DNA of 62,347 nt, filler included, from Pirum gemmata (taxonomy: Eukaryota): NCBI GenBank assembly GCA_002812295.1. It is 10 parts of 10 records of this genome, joined end to end, with 100 filler letters (N's around TTAATTAATTAA, not from the genome) between each part and the next. Parts side by side here need not be neighbours in the genome. Positions count along the whole stretch, not along the records: positions 38,068 to 44,082 come from PDIN01000376.1; positions 44,183 to 50,202 come from PDIN01000377.1; positions 50,303 to 56,282 come from PDIN01000378.1; 7 more parts are not named here. One strand, written 5' to 3'. Position 1 is the stretch's first letter; each line of letters begins with the position of its first letter. The translations under genes and the position numbers were made by a program. Under the pieces are notes generated by a model, which saw only the letters and a list, made by a program, of their open reading frames with translations, was not told the origin of the DNA and did not search any database. Shown here one piece after another: positions 38,757-52,069 of the stretch.

Positions 38757-38900
38757 TAGTGTTTTCTAGTTGCTTTTATAATCATAAAATATAAATTAAA
38801 AGTACCCAAATTAACATAATATAGAGTCACTTCACTTAATTTGGTATATCTTTTTATTTAAAAATGTCAATTTTTAAATGTTATAACCAGCCAATATATT
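38757..38900 (+). mobile_element. Diverged MITE-like family A copy
   Basis: TAGTGTTTTCTAGTTG...TCATAAAATATAAA...TTAATTTGGTATAT...TGTCAATTT..AAATGTTATAACC. Confidence 0.55.
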
Positions 38901-39254
38901 TATGTCTACATCACGCTTACGTTAACAAAATAAAAATAAAGTACTTTTTTTTTTTAAAAAAGCTACATTGTTATGTGTATATAAACAAGACTTTCATTGA
39001 GAAAATCAAACAAAACACTGAAAGAATTTATTTTTTTAAAAAAAGTAATAATAATAATAAAAAAATAAAAAACTAATAACAATAAAAAATGATATATTGA
39101 AAGCATAATAATAATAATATATTATTTATTAATTAATAAAAAGCCTATAATAACAATTAATCCTTATCGTAACTAAAAATCCTAACCCACATACTAACTC
39201 TTAACTCTAACACTCATTTTTTTTTTTTTAATCGTATTTTAAACTTCGTAAACA

Positions 39255-39728
39255 ATGACCACCGCAACAATGGCCAATATTATTGTCAGTGACGATATCC
39301 GACCTTCTAAACGACAAAGAAGATCAACTATAAATGTTAACTTTGTAAGGCAACAACAACAACAACAACAGCAGCAGCAACAACCAATTATTAGTCAAAC
39401 CAAATCTAAATCGACTTCTAGCAAAAATTTAGACAGTGTAAGAAAGCCCTCAGACCACGAAGTAAAGATTTTTGTAAGTGTAGAAAATGACAAAAGTGAT
39501 GACACTTCTATACAAACTCCAACTAAATCTGTGGCAAGCAGGGTGAGAAATGGTGAAAAAAAACATTCCAGACGGTGTCAATCTCTTAATTTAACTTTGG
39601 ATTATTTCACTAACTTTGTTGATATTGATGGAAATGATAGCAATAATAAATCTGTGATCACGCAACCTAGATCAAGGAACTCTTCTATTTCGCAAAGAAA
39701 AAGAGAGCGAAGATTAAACAGACAATAA
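39255..39728 (+). CDS. Uncharacterised low-complexity basic protein (poly-Q, Ser/Lys/Arg-rich)
   Basis: 157-aa ORF, ATG in AAACAATG context, GC higher than the AT-rich flanks; no recognisable domain. Confidence 0.5.
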   Translation: MTTATMANIIVSDDIRPSKRQRRSTINVNFVRQQQQQQQQQQQPIISQTKSKSTSSKNLDSVRKPSDHEVKIFVSVENDKSDDTSIQTPTKSVASRVRNGEKKHSRRCQSLNLTLDYFTNFVDIDGNDSNNKSVITQPRSRNSSISQRKRERRLNRQ

Positions 39729-40404
39729 AGAATGTAAATATAAAAATAAATAAATAAATAAATAAATAAAAACATTTTTTTTTTTAAATAATAATAATAA
39801 TAATAAATAAATAAATTTATAAAAATAATCATGTGTTTTTGTAATACTAATATAATATAATTATAAAGTGTTATAAATTATTAGTTTTGGGGTTTTGCAA
39901 TAATTTGACCCTAACCGGATCATTGTACTAACACGTTTGTGGTTTGGGTCATAATCAAACGAATTAAATGTTATAATAAACGCAATACCCACCAGCTATT
40001 TGTTTTAATTACTTCATGAATATTTGTGTACATGTAATAAATAATACGATTAGGTAAAATGTTGTTAGATAATACTACATTTGACATTTTATTAATTGAT
40101 TAATAATAATTTTACTAGTTATAATAATTTTACAAGTTATAATAATAATATATAAGTTCAATATAAAAATTAAGAAAGTTATATTAATTAATTAATGAAA
40201 ACATTTTTATTTTTGTTTCATTATTACATATTAATTTTTTTTTGATTGTTATTAGGTGTTTCATAATAATATGGTGTTTTTCAATTAATTAAAATGCCAG
40301 TAAACAGTATAAACAAAATGCCCATTTATTTTTATATTTTCAATATATTTTTATATATATGATAGCTATATATTATATGTATATTGATATAAAAAAGAAA
40401 CAAA

Positions 40405-40649
40405 TCAATCTTTGTGAAGTTTAAGACAACAAACTTGACGAGAACACGATTCCCTTTTCCCATTTTTATCAACGCAATCAGCAATCAGTGGCAGACGTTT
40501 TACGACCATAGTATCCAGCATTTTTATCTGCCTCCCTTTTACAAGTATCTTTACCATTTACTAAAAAATAGCCGCAACAAATGTAGGCAACTATTTTCTT
40601 GCAACAGTTTTGTAGAGCACATTCAATAATTTGATCATTTTTATCTTGA

Positions 40650-40683
<34 letters not shown>

Positions 40684-40954
40684 GTTTGTTTGTTTCAACA
40701 CCCACAAACGCGAAATAAGCACCACAGGTTTATAGTTTTTTATAACAGCAGTTTGTGGTGAAATCAACATCACAACTGGTGGTATCAGAATTACCGTATT
40801 CAAAGCCTTTGTTATAATTTTGTCCTTTCTTGTCTAAAGTTTTGGTTGTTCCCATGTACAAGGGAGGCCATGATATCAGTGACCCCGATGGTAAGATTCA
40901 ACATAAGCTTAACGCAGCGCAAGTAACAGCAACACGAACACTAGTTGACATCAT
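40405..40954 (-). pseudogene. Pseudogenised tandem paralogue of the 6-Cys module secreted protein
   Basis: Same start MMSTSVRVAVTCA and end ..SRQVCCLKLHKD*. A 1-nt deletion gives TGA at about codon 19; further deletions and an A-tract (T-run 40652-40680 on +) replace part of module 2. Confidence 0.85.
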
Positions 40955-41063
40955 TATTGTACATGTTAATTGAATGTTTTAATATTAAAATTTAATTAAA
41001 ATTGTTTTATTTTGGATCTGCTTTTTCGAAGAGAGGGAAACTTGCGAGTGATTTGAAAAACCT

Positions 41064-41252
41064 GTGTTATCCAGTTCAAAAATTGAAGTAAACATACCAA
41101 ATTATTATTATAGTTAAACACTGTTAAACTATCAGAAATGTTTTAATTAATTTGGTAATTTATACTTAATACTTTATTTTATAAACAAGTTCAATTATAC
41201 ACTTAAACAGTACCAAATTAAAGATGGAGAGGACAAGTAGTGAAATAGACGA
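41064..41252 (+). mobile_element. MITE-like family B copy between the two Cys-rich paralogues
   Basis: Aligns with 29578-29773; ends TGAAATAGACGA. Confidence 0.75.
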
Positions 41253-41467
41253 TAGAAGTAAAATTTGAAGGATATCACATGGAAGCAATGCAGGGAAAAA
41301 TACACAGGAGAAACACAGGGTCGCAAAGAAATAAAAGAAAATACTGGGTGCTTTAAAAATTTATTTCTACAATAATATATAAATAATATATATAAAAAAA
41401 TTGTACACACACACAAATTTAACCAGGTCAAAATATAATTATATAATATATTTACACCTGACACACT

Positions 41468-42076
41468 TTAATCATTGTGAAGTTTAACACAACAATCTTG
41501 ACGAGAACACAATTCTTTTTTTCCATTTTTATCAACACAATCAGTGGCAGAAGGTTTACGACCATAATAACCAGCCTTTTTGTCTGCCTCCGTTTTGCAA
41601 GTATTCTTGCCGTTTACTAAAAAATAGTCAAAACAAACATAGGGCACAATTCTCTTGCAACAATTTTGTCGACCACATTCAACTCTGTTGCCATTTTCAT
41701 CTTTACATTCAATATTCGACGATTTTTTCCCACGGTAACCCTCTTGCTCATCAGCATCGTCATCACAGCTATCAGGACCTACGAACGCAAAATATGCACC
41801 ACAGGTTAACGGTTTTTTACAACAATAGTTTGTTGTGCAATCAACATCACAACCGGTGGTATCAGAGTTACGGTATTCAAAGCCTTTGTCATAACAATAA
41901 GTTTGTCCTTTCTTGTCAAAGAATTCTTTACAATGATAAAGTTTAGGTTGCTGTAATTGCGGTAAAACACTTTGATGTACAGGGGAGGCCATGATCTCAG
42001 TGACCCCGACGGCAAGATTCAAACTTAAGCATACTGTAGCACAAGTAACAGCAACACGAACACTAGTTGACATCAT
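41468..42076 (-). CDS. Putative secreted cysteine-rich protein with three 6-Cys repeat modules
   Basis: 202-aa intronless ORF with a hydrophobic N-terminus, then three modules CxxYFxxxGxxxC...C...CxxxxCC. The adjacent paralogue supports coding status. Confidence 0.85.
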   Translation of the reverse strand: MMSTSVRVAVTCATVCLSLNLAVGVTEIMASPVHQSVLPQLQQPKLYHCKEFFDKKGQTYCYDKGFEYRNSDTTGCDVDCTTNYCCKKPLTCGAYFAFVGPDSCDDDADEQEGYRGKKSSNIECKDENGNRVECGRQNCCKRIVPYVCFDYFLVNGKNTCKTEADKKAGYYGRKPSATDCVDKNGKKELCSRQDCCVKLHND

Positions 42077-44751
42077 TTTTGTTAATTGAATATTTAAAAA
42101 TTATTTTTGTTGGTCAATTTCTATTGTTGGTAATTGTTTTGTTTTGTTATTAATTAAAGTTGTTCTTTGTTTGTTGTATAATATATTTAATATTATTTTT
42201 CTTGTTATTGTTTTTTTATTATGATAATATTTATTTTTATTTTTTTTTATTTTTTTTTGTTCTGATCTCTTTTTCTTTTATATGTATCCCCAGGAAAAAT
42301 TTTCCTAGAATTTTTTCCTGGGGTTCTACTAACAACTTTGTAACAAGAAAAAAATATTTAGAATTCGAAAAGATAAAGAAATGGTGCTATTTGTTATTGT
42401 CCTTTTAGTGTTACTGTTCCTGTTGCTATTATAATGTAATCTATACAGTATTTAATCATACATTTAATTATACATTTAATTATATATACCATATATAATT
42501 ATTATGTAATTATATACTTAGAATAAGTATATAATACATAGCTAATGGGTTTCCAAACTAGGTTCCCAAACTAACAAGTAAATTTAATGGACCTATTTCT
42601 CTAATGTATATGTTTTGTCTTAATATCTATGGTATATTAATATTATATATTTAAGAAGCTAATTTATTTATTATTTCATTTAATATATTATAAAATAATT
42701 TATAAATGTATATTTTTCGAATAATATAGCATAATATTTTAAAAAAAAAATAAAATCCTATTATAATATAAAATAAAAGTGTATATTTTTTGTTTATAAG
42801 AAAACTTGAATACGATTAGTGGTCATGAATAAATTTGATGTATTTTATTTATTTTTTAAAATAAGTCCTATATTATGTTTCTCTAAAAGGAAAAGGAACA
42901 GTATGTAACAAAAATAATATAATAATAACAATAATAATAAAATAATTATTAGGTGACTTTAGGTTTATTGTGGATTATATCATTTACATATTATATTATA
43001 TATGATATTAAGTTTTAAATTTGTGTTAATTTGTTTATAAACATGTATGTTATATTTTGTTATTTATTAAAAAACTTGTTTAAAATTATACGTTTGCAAA
43101 TTATTGTATAATTATAATAGTAATAATTAAAATATGATATAAATAGTCTAATAGTCTACATACTCCACACCCCCAATTCGTCATAAACTGCCAGCTAATA
43201 GACTAACTAACTAATAATAATAATTACGCTAGAATAAAAAGTAGAATCAGATTGGTATGCTTTTAAAAAATTTAATTAATTAACATGTAACTTTTATATA
43301 ACCTTATTTNCTAAAAAAAACAGCTTATTATATAACTTGTATCAAAGGGTTTTTTTAATACGCCAATAATAATATAGCCTTCATGCTGGAAGAAAGAATT
43401 TTATTATTAGCAAGTAGTACTATTTGTTTAGAAACCCTTTTTTTTTAAATATTACTATATTAAGAATTTACAATTAACAATTTCTCTTTGCAAGTTTGCA
43501 CCCCACATACTTTTTTTTTTTTACTATCATAGAGGAATCGATTGGTATTTATAAATAAATATAACATAATTATGAATATAATTTATAACAAAATTTAAAA
43601 TATTATTTTGCTTCAGAGCATTATTTTGAACAAGGGGGAGGGAAAAATTTGAGTGAAAATAAAAAACAAATTTACAACAGAATATTTATTTTTCATTCAC
43701 TATTTTTTGAACTTTCACAGTCTTTCACTTAATGGATGCCAGTTTGTAAACATTTACTATTTATATATATATAATGATGTATAACAAACTATAGCGCATG
43801 ATGTATAATGTTATACATCCATCGTAGCAGTCCCTAGCAACAGTGATCTGTGTAATTAGTCTCCGTGTTTAAATAGTTTATCTTTAATATCAGGGTTATG
43901 TTTAGGTATTGTTTTATTGAATTAAGTAATATCAGGGTTATGTTTAGGTATTTTTTTATTAATTAAGCTTACACTTACGGTTTCGGTTACGGTTAGGGTT
44001 TACCAATCAATAGGTTTACGGCAAGGCCAGAGAGTGCCAAGGATAGGGTGAATGTTCGAAATGATATCATTATTATAAGTAGNNNNNNNNNNNNNNNNNN
44101 NNNNNNNNNNNNNNNNNNNNNNNNNNTTAATTAATTAANNNNNNNNNNNNNNNNNNNNNNNNNNNNNNNNNNNNNNNNNNNNAATAATAATCATAATCAT
44201 AATCATAATCATAATAATAAATTTTGGAAGGATACTATGTCACAAATACAAAAAAAAATTTTGAAGCTATTTATGATATGAAAAACAATAAGTATAAGAA
44301 GTAATAATAATAATTTTTGGAAGGGTATTATGACTGTATTATGTCAAAATATTTTTATTTGAAGTTATGTATGTTATGAAAAACAATAAGTACAAGAAGC
44401 ACATTCAACTAGTACATTCGTTACCTTTATTTATTTATTGGAATAGTGTTCAAAATTTGTTTTGGGTGAAAGTTCAGGCTTATTGTTTTTTCATTAATAG
44501 CAGTAATGTCAGATAAAATGATTTTATTTTTATATCATAATATCATATATGCTATCATAATTATTTATAATGTTCTTCCTCTTCCCTCCCCTAACTATTA
44601 GTACTAAGATGAATAGACTAGCTAGTCTACTTTAATTAAAGAGACTGGTTACTATCTAGCTAGCTATCTGATAGAGCCTAGCTAGCTAGAGCATAGCTAC
44701 TAGCTAGCTAGACTAGAGCTATCAATCTCGAGCTATCAATAGACTTATAGA

Positions 44752-44920
44752 TCGTGCTTTTCATAATATTTATTTGGAGGGTTATAATCTTTAAATTGAC
44801 ATTTTTAAATTAATACATAGATAATAAAATATACCAAAATATATCAAATGGATTTATATTATATTTATTTGGTACTATTTATTGTATATTTTATGATGAC
44901 AAATCAACTGAAAAGCACTA
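44752..44920 (-). mobile_element. MITE-like family A copy
   Basis: TCGTGCTTTTCA ... TGAAAAGCACTA with a small internal deletion. Confidence 0.8.
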
Positions 44921-45686
44921 TATACAAGCTCCCTCTAGCTAGCTACTAGCTAGCAAGCTCCCTGCAAGCTCCTAATAAGCTCCTCAGTCAGGTGACTCAG
45001 GTTCCTGAGTTCCTCTTCCTGAACTCAGGTAAATTCGAGACTTCGAGTTACAAAAGTAGTAGTCTATGCACTGAGTCTATGCACCACACTTCTGCGTATA
45101 ATTGAATATAATTGAGCTTGTTTTTATAAAAAATACAACAATGTAAAATACCAAAAACATGCCTGTGTGTGCTAAGATAGTCTATCGGTAGCTAGCTAGT
45201 CTACTACTAGCTAGCTAGCTCTACTTCTACTAACTATCTGATTATTCTGATATCATTATCACCCCTAGCTAGTATTATTATTATCATAGACTAGCTAGCT
45301 AGCTAGTAGCTACGAATATAAAACAGACTATCATAATATTATGATAGAGCCTATAGACCATCATATAAAAAACAGTAGGGGTATAGATAGCTCTAGCTAG
45401 TCTATCATAGTAGTCAAGCTAGCTATAGTCTAACTAAGGCTCTAAGCATATTATGATATATCGATATCGATATAATATCATACTATGATATCATATAATT
45501 TCATAATTTGATATGATATGATAATTATCCTGATAGTTATTAGAGCATGCTAGCTAGTAGCTCTACTAGTAGTAGTAGCTATCCCGATATTATGAGATCG
45601 TTACCGGATAATTCAGCCGGATAACTAGCTAGCTAGCTTTTGACTACTTATCGATATCCTACTTCGAGAGTCGAGACTACGGGTTA

Positions 45687-45835
45687 GGGAGTGTTCAAAT
45701 AATACGTCACGTCAAGGGATAGGTAGATAGATGGTATTTGACCGGAAATTAACGTCAAGGGGTAGGTAGGCAGGGTCCCAGGGAGGGGTATTTGAAGCTG
45801 TTTTGACCCGGAAATTGGCGTTACGTCGTATTTGT
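45687..45835 (+). mobile_element. MITE-like family C copy
   Basis: GGGAGTGTTCAAATAATACGTCACGTCAAGGG...GGAAATTGGCGTTACGTCGTATTTG. Confidence 0.8.
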
Positions 45836-45947
45836 AATCATAATAATATTGTACAAGGAGTTCAAGAAAAAAAAAAACTCCTTGTAGTCTAGTATTATCT
45901 AGAAAATTATCAAGCTATGATATGATATTATCAAGAGCAAGATAAAA

Positions 45948-46124
45948 TCGTCTATAGATTTCATTACAGTTGACCTCTCAATCTTTAATTTGGTACTGTT
46001 TAAGTGTATAATTGAACTTGTTTATAAAATACAACATTAAATATAAAATACTGAATCAATTAAAACATGTCTGATAGTTTAGCCATAATAATAATTTGGT
46101 GCGTTTATTTCAGTTTTTAAACTG
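45948..46124 (-). mobile_element. MITE-like family B copy
   Basis: Reverse complement of the family B core (ATCTTTAATTTGGTACTGTTTAAGTGTATAATTGAACTT). Confidence 0.75.
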
Positions 46125-47029
46125 CAAATGTAGAGAACCCCTCGACGGGAACCCCATGGTACAGTCATGGGACCATAGAAAAATTACTAGGTATCGAGAA
46201 GTGATAGTCTACTACTCCTCTAACTAGACTTGTCAAGTTATCCATACTGTGATTATCATATTATTATGTATACTAGTTTGAAACAAAAAGTTAATTTGCA
46301 AAAGTTCATTTGCTAGTTCTTACACTATTTATTTATAATATAAATAAATAAATAATATGATATCATAATTCAAGGGAAAATTAATTTGCTAGTTCTTACA
46401 CTATTTATATACAATATAAATAAATAAATAGTATGATATCATAATTCAAGGGAAAAAACCACTGCCACCCAGTCCAGACCCTAAGCACTACCACAATGAA
46501 CTACCACGTGGTATCTCATGTCTACTACCAGCAGACGGTGCTGTGTGTGATGACTACCAGTACTATAATAGTATCAAATTACTATCAAATTACTACTATC
46601 AATATTAATATTGATACCAGTAGTAGTAGTAGTAGACGGCCACCTTTAGAAGTTCCTCAGAGGTGAAAAAATATTTTGAAGTTTAATCTCATCAACAGTA
46701 TACGTCTGTGCTCTACGTTTGCACTCTACTTTTTCACTCTACGTCTACGCTACCAGCTAGCTAGAGTAGTAGACCTAGTAGTACTAGTAGTAATCTAAAC
46801 GATTAACTCTACTGTGACTAGCTAGACTCATCAGACTAGTCGTTCACTATCATAATAAAACACTACTATGCATAATCATTCTATCAGATATACTACATGA
46901 TATCGATAATATATCAAACAGTCTTGTCCATCAAAGACCCAATATGAAAAAAAAAATTAAAAGATAAAGCTGTATTTACAAAGTGTATCACTATACATCT
47001 TAGCTAGCTAGCACTATACATGACTTATA

Positions 47030-47174
47030 GGGAGCGTTCAAATAATACGTCACGTTAAGGGGTAGGTAGGTAGGTGGTATTTGACCGGAAATTAACGTCG
47101 AGGGGTAGGTAGGAGGGGGTATTTGAAGCTGTATTTGACCGGAAATTGGCGTTACGTAGTATTCGCAGGCTCCC
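47030..47174 (+). mobile_element. MITE-like family C, near-complete copy
   Basis: GGGAGCGTTCAAATAATACGT ... ACGTAGTATTCGCAGGCTCCC. Confidence 0.85.
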
Positions 47175-48384
47175 ATACAATATACATGGCAGTGATGGCA
47201 CTTGATATGGTCATAGACTCATAGTAGTCTATGGTCATACCATGAAAAAGTGTGAAAAAAAAACCTATCGTATCATAGACTAGCTACATAGACTAGAAAA
47301 AAAATATTTTCAACAACATTTAACCATTGGCTTGGTTTTTCCAGTATTTTCCAGTGGTTTTTTCAGAGGTTTTTTCAGGGTTTTTAGTGGTTTTTTTCTA
47401 GTTTTTTTCTACCACTTCTACTGTAGGCCACAGTTACAAACTTACAGAATGATATTTATGTCATACTTCGACCTCCGAGCTACCACCTAGTAGCTAGCTA
47501 GAGCTAACCCTAACCCTAACCTTAACTCTAACCCTACTACTGTAGACCACAGTATGATATTTATGTCATACTTTGATAGGGTTCAGCTAGTCTATCATAC
47601 CATCTAGTAGTAGTAGTCAAGACCCTCTACTATGATACTTCAACAGGCTTCAACAGACCTACTTCAACCTACTTCAACTTAGAAATGGCCTAATAGTAGA
47701 AAGGCCTAATAGTAGAAATGGTATCGATATCATTTTTAAAAAATACCTGAAACAGTCCTGTAGTGTGTGTAGAAGTCCTAGCTAGCTAGCTAGCTAGTGT
47801 AGATGTAGAACTTCAGCTGTAGGAGCCTGTAGAATTAATTGTAGAAGTTAAAATACAGGATAACAATTGGTTATTGTTGAAAACGCTTGAAAACGATTAG
47901 TAATAGTTAAACAGTATTAACCAATGAATGATGCATAAAATCCAAAGAAGCTGAAAATATCACAACCAATCAAGAATAATAATATACTGTAGAAAAAAAT
48001 AGTGCGCCACATGAATCAGACATACTTCAGATATAGTATTAATATACTATTAATATGTATACAGTATGATGTAACAAAAGTAGTAGTAGTTGGAAGTCTA
48101 GAGTTGGAAGTGATAGTATGGCCATATAAGAACTATTTTGTATTATATATGGTGCCATACTTGATAATTACCTTGAGGTACTAATAATAACAATAACAAT
48201 ATGTATAGCAGCATTGAATATAAATACATATTATTGATTGGACACATAATATACAACAAAGATCATATAGGCAGCATTCTGATATAATATTATGCACATC
48301 ATAAACTATAAACTCGACAGTAATTAAACCTCTCTTTGAATATAAAGTAATATAGGTTTATCATTACAATTTATTAAATCATTA

Positions 48385-48436
48385 ACCCTAATCCTAATCC
48401 TAATCCTAATCCTAATCCTAATCCTAATCCTAACCC
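48385..48436. repeat. (CCTAAT)n telomere-variant microsatellite
   Basis: Directly visible. Confidence 0.9.
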
Positions 48437-49088
48437 GAGATTGCTTATCTGCTTTGTTATATACATAACAAGTGTTGGGGTAAAATTCCGGGATTTATAT
48501 CAGAATCGCAAGAGCATGTTACCACTCCTGATGGATTACTAGTGCAAATTATATATATATAGCTTCGACATGGCCGACATTATGGCCACGAAAGAGTTTT
48601 ATTATCCTTATGATGGTTCAATTTTAAGTAACTTGCTATGTTTTTTAAATAAAAGAGTGTACTTTAATAAAACCAATTATGTGGTTCAAGATACGACTAC
48701 TATGCCGACCCAAAGAAAACAAGAAATAAGTTGGTATGATAATACCATAGCATTTTCAACAATGTCATACTCCTTTTTTTATATATTACAAAAAGAATAA
48801 TATAATAAAAAAAAAAGAATAAAACTGATCATGAACTGCACTAATGCAATAATTATCCTTTATTTACATAGATTAATTATGCATTTCATATCATTTCGAT
48901 AGTTATTACGATTATCATTATTTATCATTCAAATTTATTGTTATTATATAAATATTTAACTTATTACTATTATACTATATTATTATACTATTAATAAGAA
49001 TTAAAATAGAGAAAGTGGTCACAAAATTAATATAAAAATTTAACTAATAATTAATAATAATTTATACTTGCTATGATTTATACTTGAT

Positions 49089-49281
49089 AAAAGTTAGTAG
49101 TAGTTACCATGGTGCAAATAGTCTAAAAACATCCTACTTTTTTATATACTAAATAAAAAGTCACAACTTTTTTTTTACATTCGAAAATTTCAAATCTATC
49201 AAATACCTATTATATTACTTTCATTCGAAAAAAAGAAAATTCTAGTGGGACCCAAAAGTTGGACGTTTTTAGCAACCCCAT
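49089..49281. mobile_element. MITE-like family F (single copy here)
   Basis: Imperfect inverted ends ATGG..CTAAAAACATCCTACTTTT / AAAAGTTGGACGTTTTTAG..CCAT. Confidence 0.45.
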
Positions 49282-49677
49282 ATTATATCATAGTCTGGAA
49301 TCTACTAATAGAAAGAGTCGACGTATCTACTACTAGCTAGCTAGTAGTAGTAGCATTGCACTGATAGAAAGATTATATTTTTATGCACCAAAATATTATG
49401 AAATAATCTAACTAGAGAAGTTATGGCCATACAAAAATAAAAACCCATAGAAAAGTTATGGCCATACAATAATAAAAACCCATGAAAAAATATGAAAAAC
49501 AGAAATCCCTAGCGAATAATCCTCACAAAAATTCTTCTATCTAGCTAGTCTATTGGTTAAATTTGGTTTAGCTCTACTAGTAAGGTTCATTACTGGTTTA
49601 TTACTAAATTATTAGCTAGTAATTTTTTTTGAAATTTTTTTCCTCAGAACTTTTTTTCCTATGATACTAAAACTCTA

Positions 49678-49741
49678 CTAACCCTAACCCTAACCCTAAC
49701 CCTAACCCTAACCCTAACCCTAACCCTAACCCTAACCCTAA
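49678..49741. repeat. Interstitial (CCCTAA)n
   Basis: About 10 perfect units flanked by unique sequence. A shorter run lies at ~47504-47536, and a 22-mer GGGTTAGGGGTTGGTTTGGTTT occurs 3 times at ~50139-50202. Confidence 0.95.
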
Positions 49742-52069
49742 CGCTTTTCACAGTTTTGTAAACCGTAGTAGAATAATTTTAGACCAAATTTAGTTAGACT
49801 CAGTCAGAAAATAAATTGGTAAGTGTTTGAGCTATTAAAAAAATGACTAATTGTATGTATTTATTTTTTTTGGTAGTTTAAAAAAGAATAAGATGCAAAA
49901 ATAACATTTCAGAAGCGCTACTCGAAGTAGATTCCACAAGTTTCGAACATAAAACAATGATGAATAACTTTTGAACTGATGAAGCTATGTAATGAAACTT
50001 TCACCTCTCTAAATCTTTTACAAGAGGATTCGATTGGTATAAATAAATATAACATTACATGCTACATGAATAAGGATACATCATAATGATGTTGTAATGA
50101 CCGACCAATAGACCGTTATGCATTTTTTGACATTATCTGGGTTAGGGGTTGGTTTGGTTTGGGTTAGGGGTTGGTTTGGTTTGGGTTAGGGGTTGGTTTG
50201 GTNNNNNNNNNNNNNNNNNNNNNNNNNNNNNNNNNNNNNNNNNNNNTTAATTAATTAANNNNNNNNNNNNNNNNNNNNNNNNNNNNNNNNNNNNNNNNNN
50301 NNTATATATATATATTGCACAAAGTGTCTCGTAAATGAGGTGATATTATATTATTTTCACTTGGTATAATAGTGTTTGATTATTTGAATAGACCAACTAG
50401 CTGTGCTGTATAATAACGATATCGATGTATTGTTGCCATTAGTATTATTACTGTGTTCTATTGTTCTATTATACATTTTATATATTAATGTATATATTAT
50501 TATTAATCAGCGTTGTATAAATTTTTAAATCTTATTAATGTTTATTGTCGTATATTTGTGGAATTGTCAATTGTTGTTTATTTTAGTAATTGTTTTTTTT
50601 TTTGTTTGTTTGTTTATTTTGGGTTTATTATTTCTATTGTTATTTTTATTTTGCCATAATTATGTTACTGGTTTCATATTAATATTATTAATATCAACTG
50701 CTATCGCATATTTCATGAAAGAATTGCATAATATTATTGTCTATTGTTGTATTTCTAAAAAAAATTAACTGTAAATTGTTCTATATATTGTTGTAGGATA
50801 CTATTGTATTATTATTGTATTTGTGTACAATAAATAGCATGCCTTTTCATTGTTTTTTTATTGACATTTTAATATTAAAGAATATTATATAGTTTATATA
50901 CATAGTATATTGAATTTGCTATAATTCTAGCTATCAATAGCACTGCATATGTGGATTATAATTAATATTTACAATTGATATTGAATGAATCTTTGCACAC
51001 AATTGCAAGTGTGGGTCATATATATGTAAAACCTATTTAGCTATTTATGATATTAATAACTTCATGTAAATCATAATAAATAAACTAAAGAGTATATTAT
51101 TTATAATAATATCAATATATCATAGTCAATATTATGATAATAAAGTATTATATACTTAGTAGTATTTGCTAGCCTTAATGTGAGTCATTTATAGTGTCAT
51201 TAGACTATGTGACTAGTAACTAGTTAGTCTACTGTCTAAACTCTAATTTGTCCCTTTTACTTTTTGGGTAACTTTTGACATTTTTGGAATTTTCAATTTA
51301 TTATTTTTTACTTTGTCTACGCAGTTAAAGATTTCAAATTGTAGCAACATATTCGGTTTTTAATTTTTTTGGTAGGTGTAATTTATTTTAGCAGAAAGCC
51401 AAATTAAAAAAAACAAAATTTTGGTCGTGCTCACTTTATTACGTCATAAAAAAATCCAGCGTGCTCTACCAGCTACTGCCAGTAGCCACAAAACACAAAA
51501 AAAAATTTATAAAAAAATAAAAAAAAACACTAGCCTAGTTAGCCAGGCTACAACAATAAAAAACCTTGCACAATGAGAAAGAGACACTTTTTAAAAATTC
51601 GGCCGAATGTTTTTATTGATTTTTCTTTTTATTAATACAAATAAAATAATATTTCGCAATAATTTTTAAAAATATTCGCTTAAGAAATCAACGTGGTCCC
51701 CAGAAAAAAAAGAAAAAGAAAAAAAAGAATTCTCAAAAACTGAAAAAAAAAAAAAAAAAAAAAAAAAAATTATCAAAAACTGAAAAAAAAAAAAAAAAAC
51801 AGGCCCTAATCGTTTTTAGCCTAATCGTTTTGATAGTGTTTTGATACTGTTAGGTCTATGATGTGTTATGTGTTATCATATCATACTATACAATAAATCA
51901 TACTGTCATTATTATGGAAGTTTAATTTTTATTGTAATTGATATTGATATTGCATATCTATTACGTTATATAATATTATTGATAATATTGATATTATTGA
52001 CTTTGTTAAATTATATAATTATTAATTCTGTTATTGCCATTTATATTGCCACGTGTAATATTTAATTAA

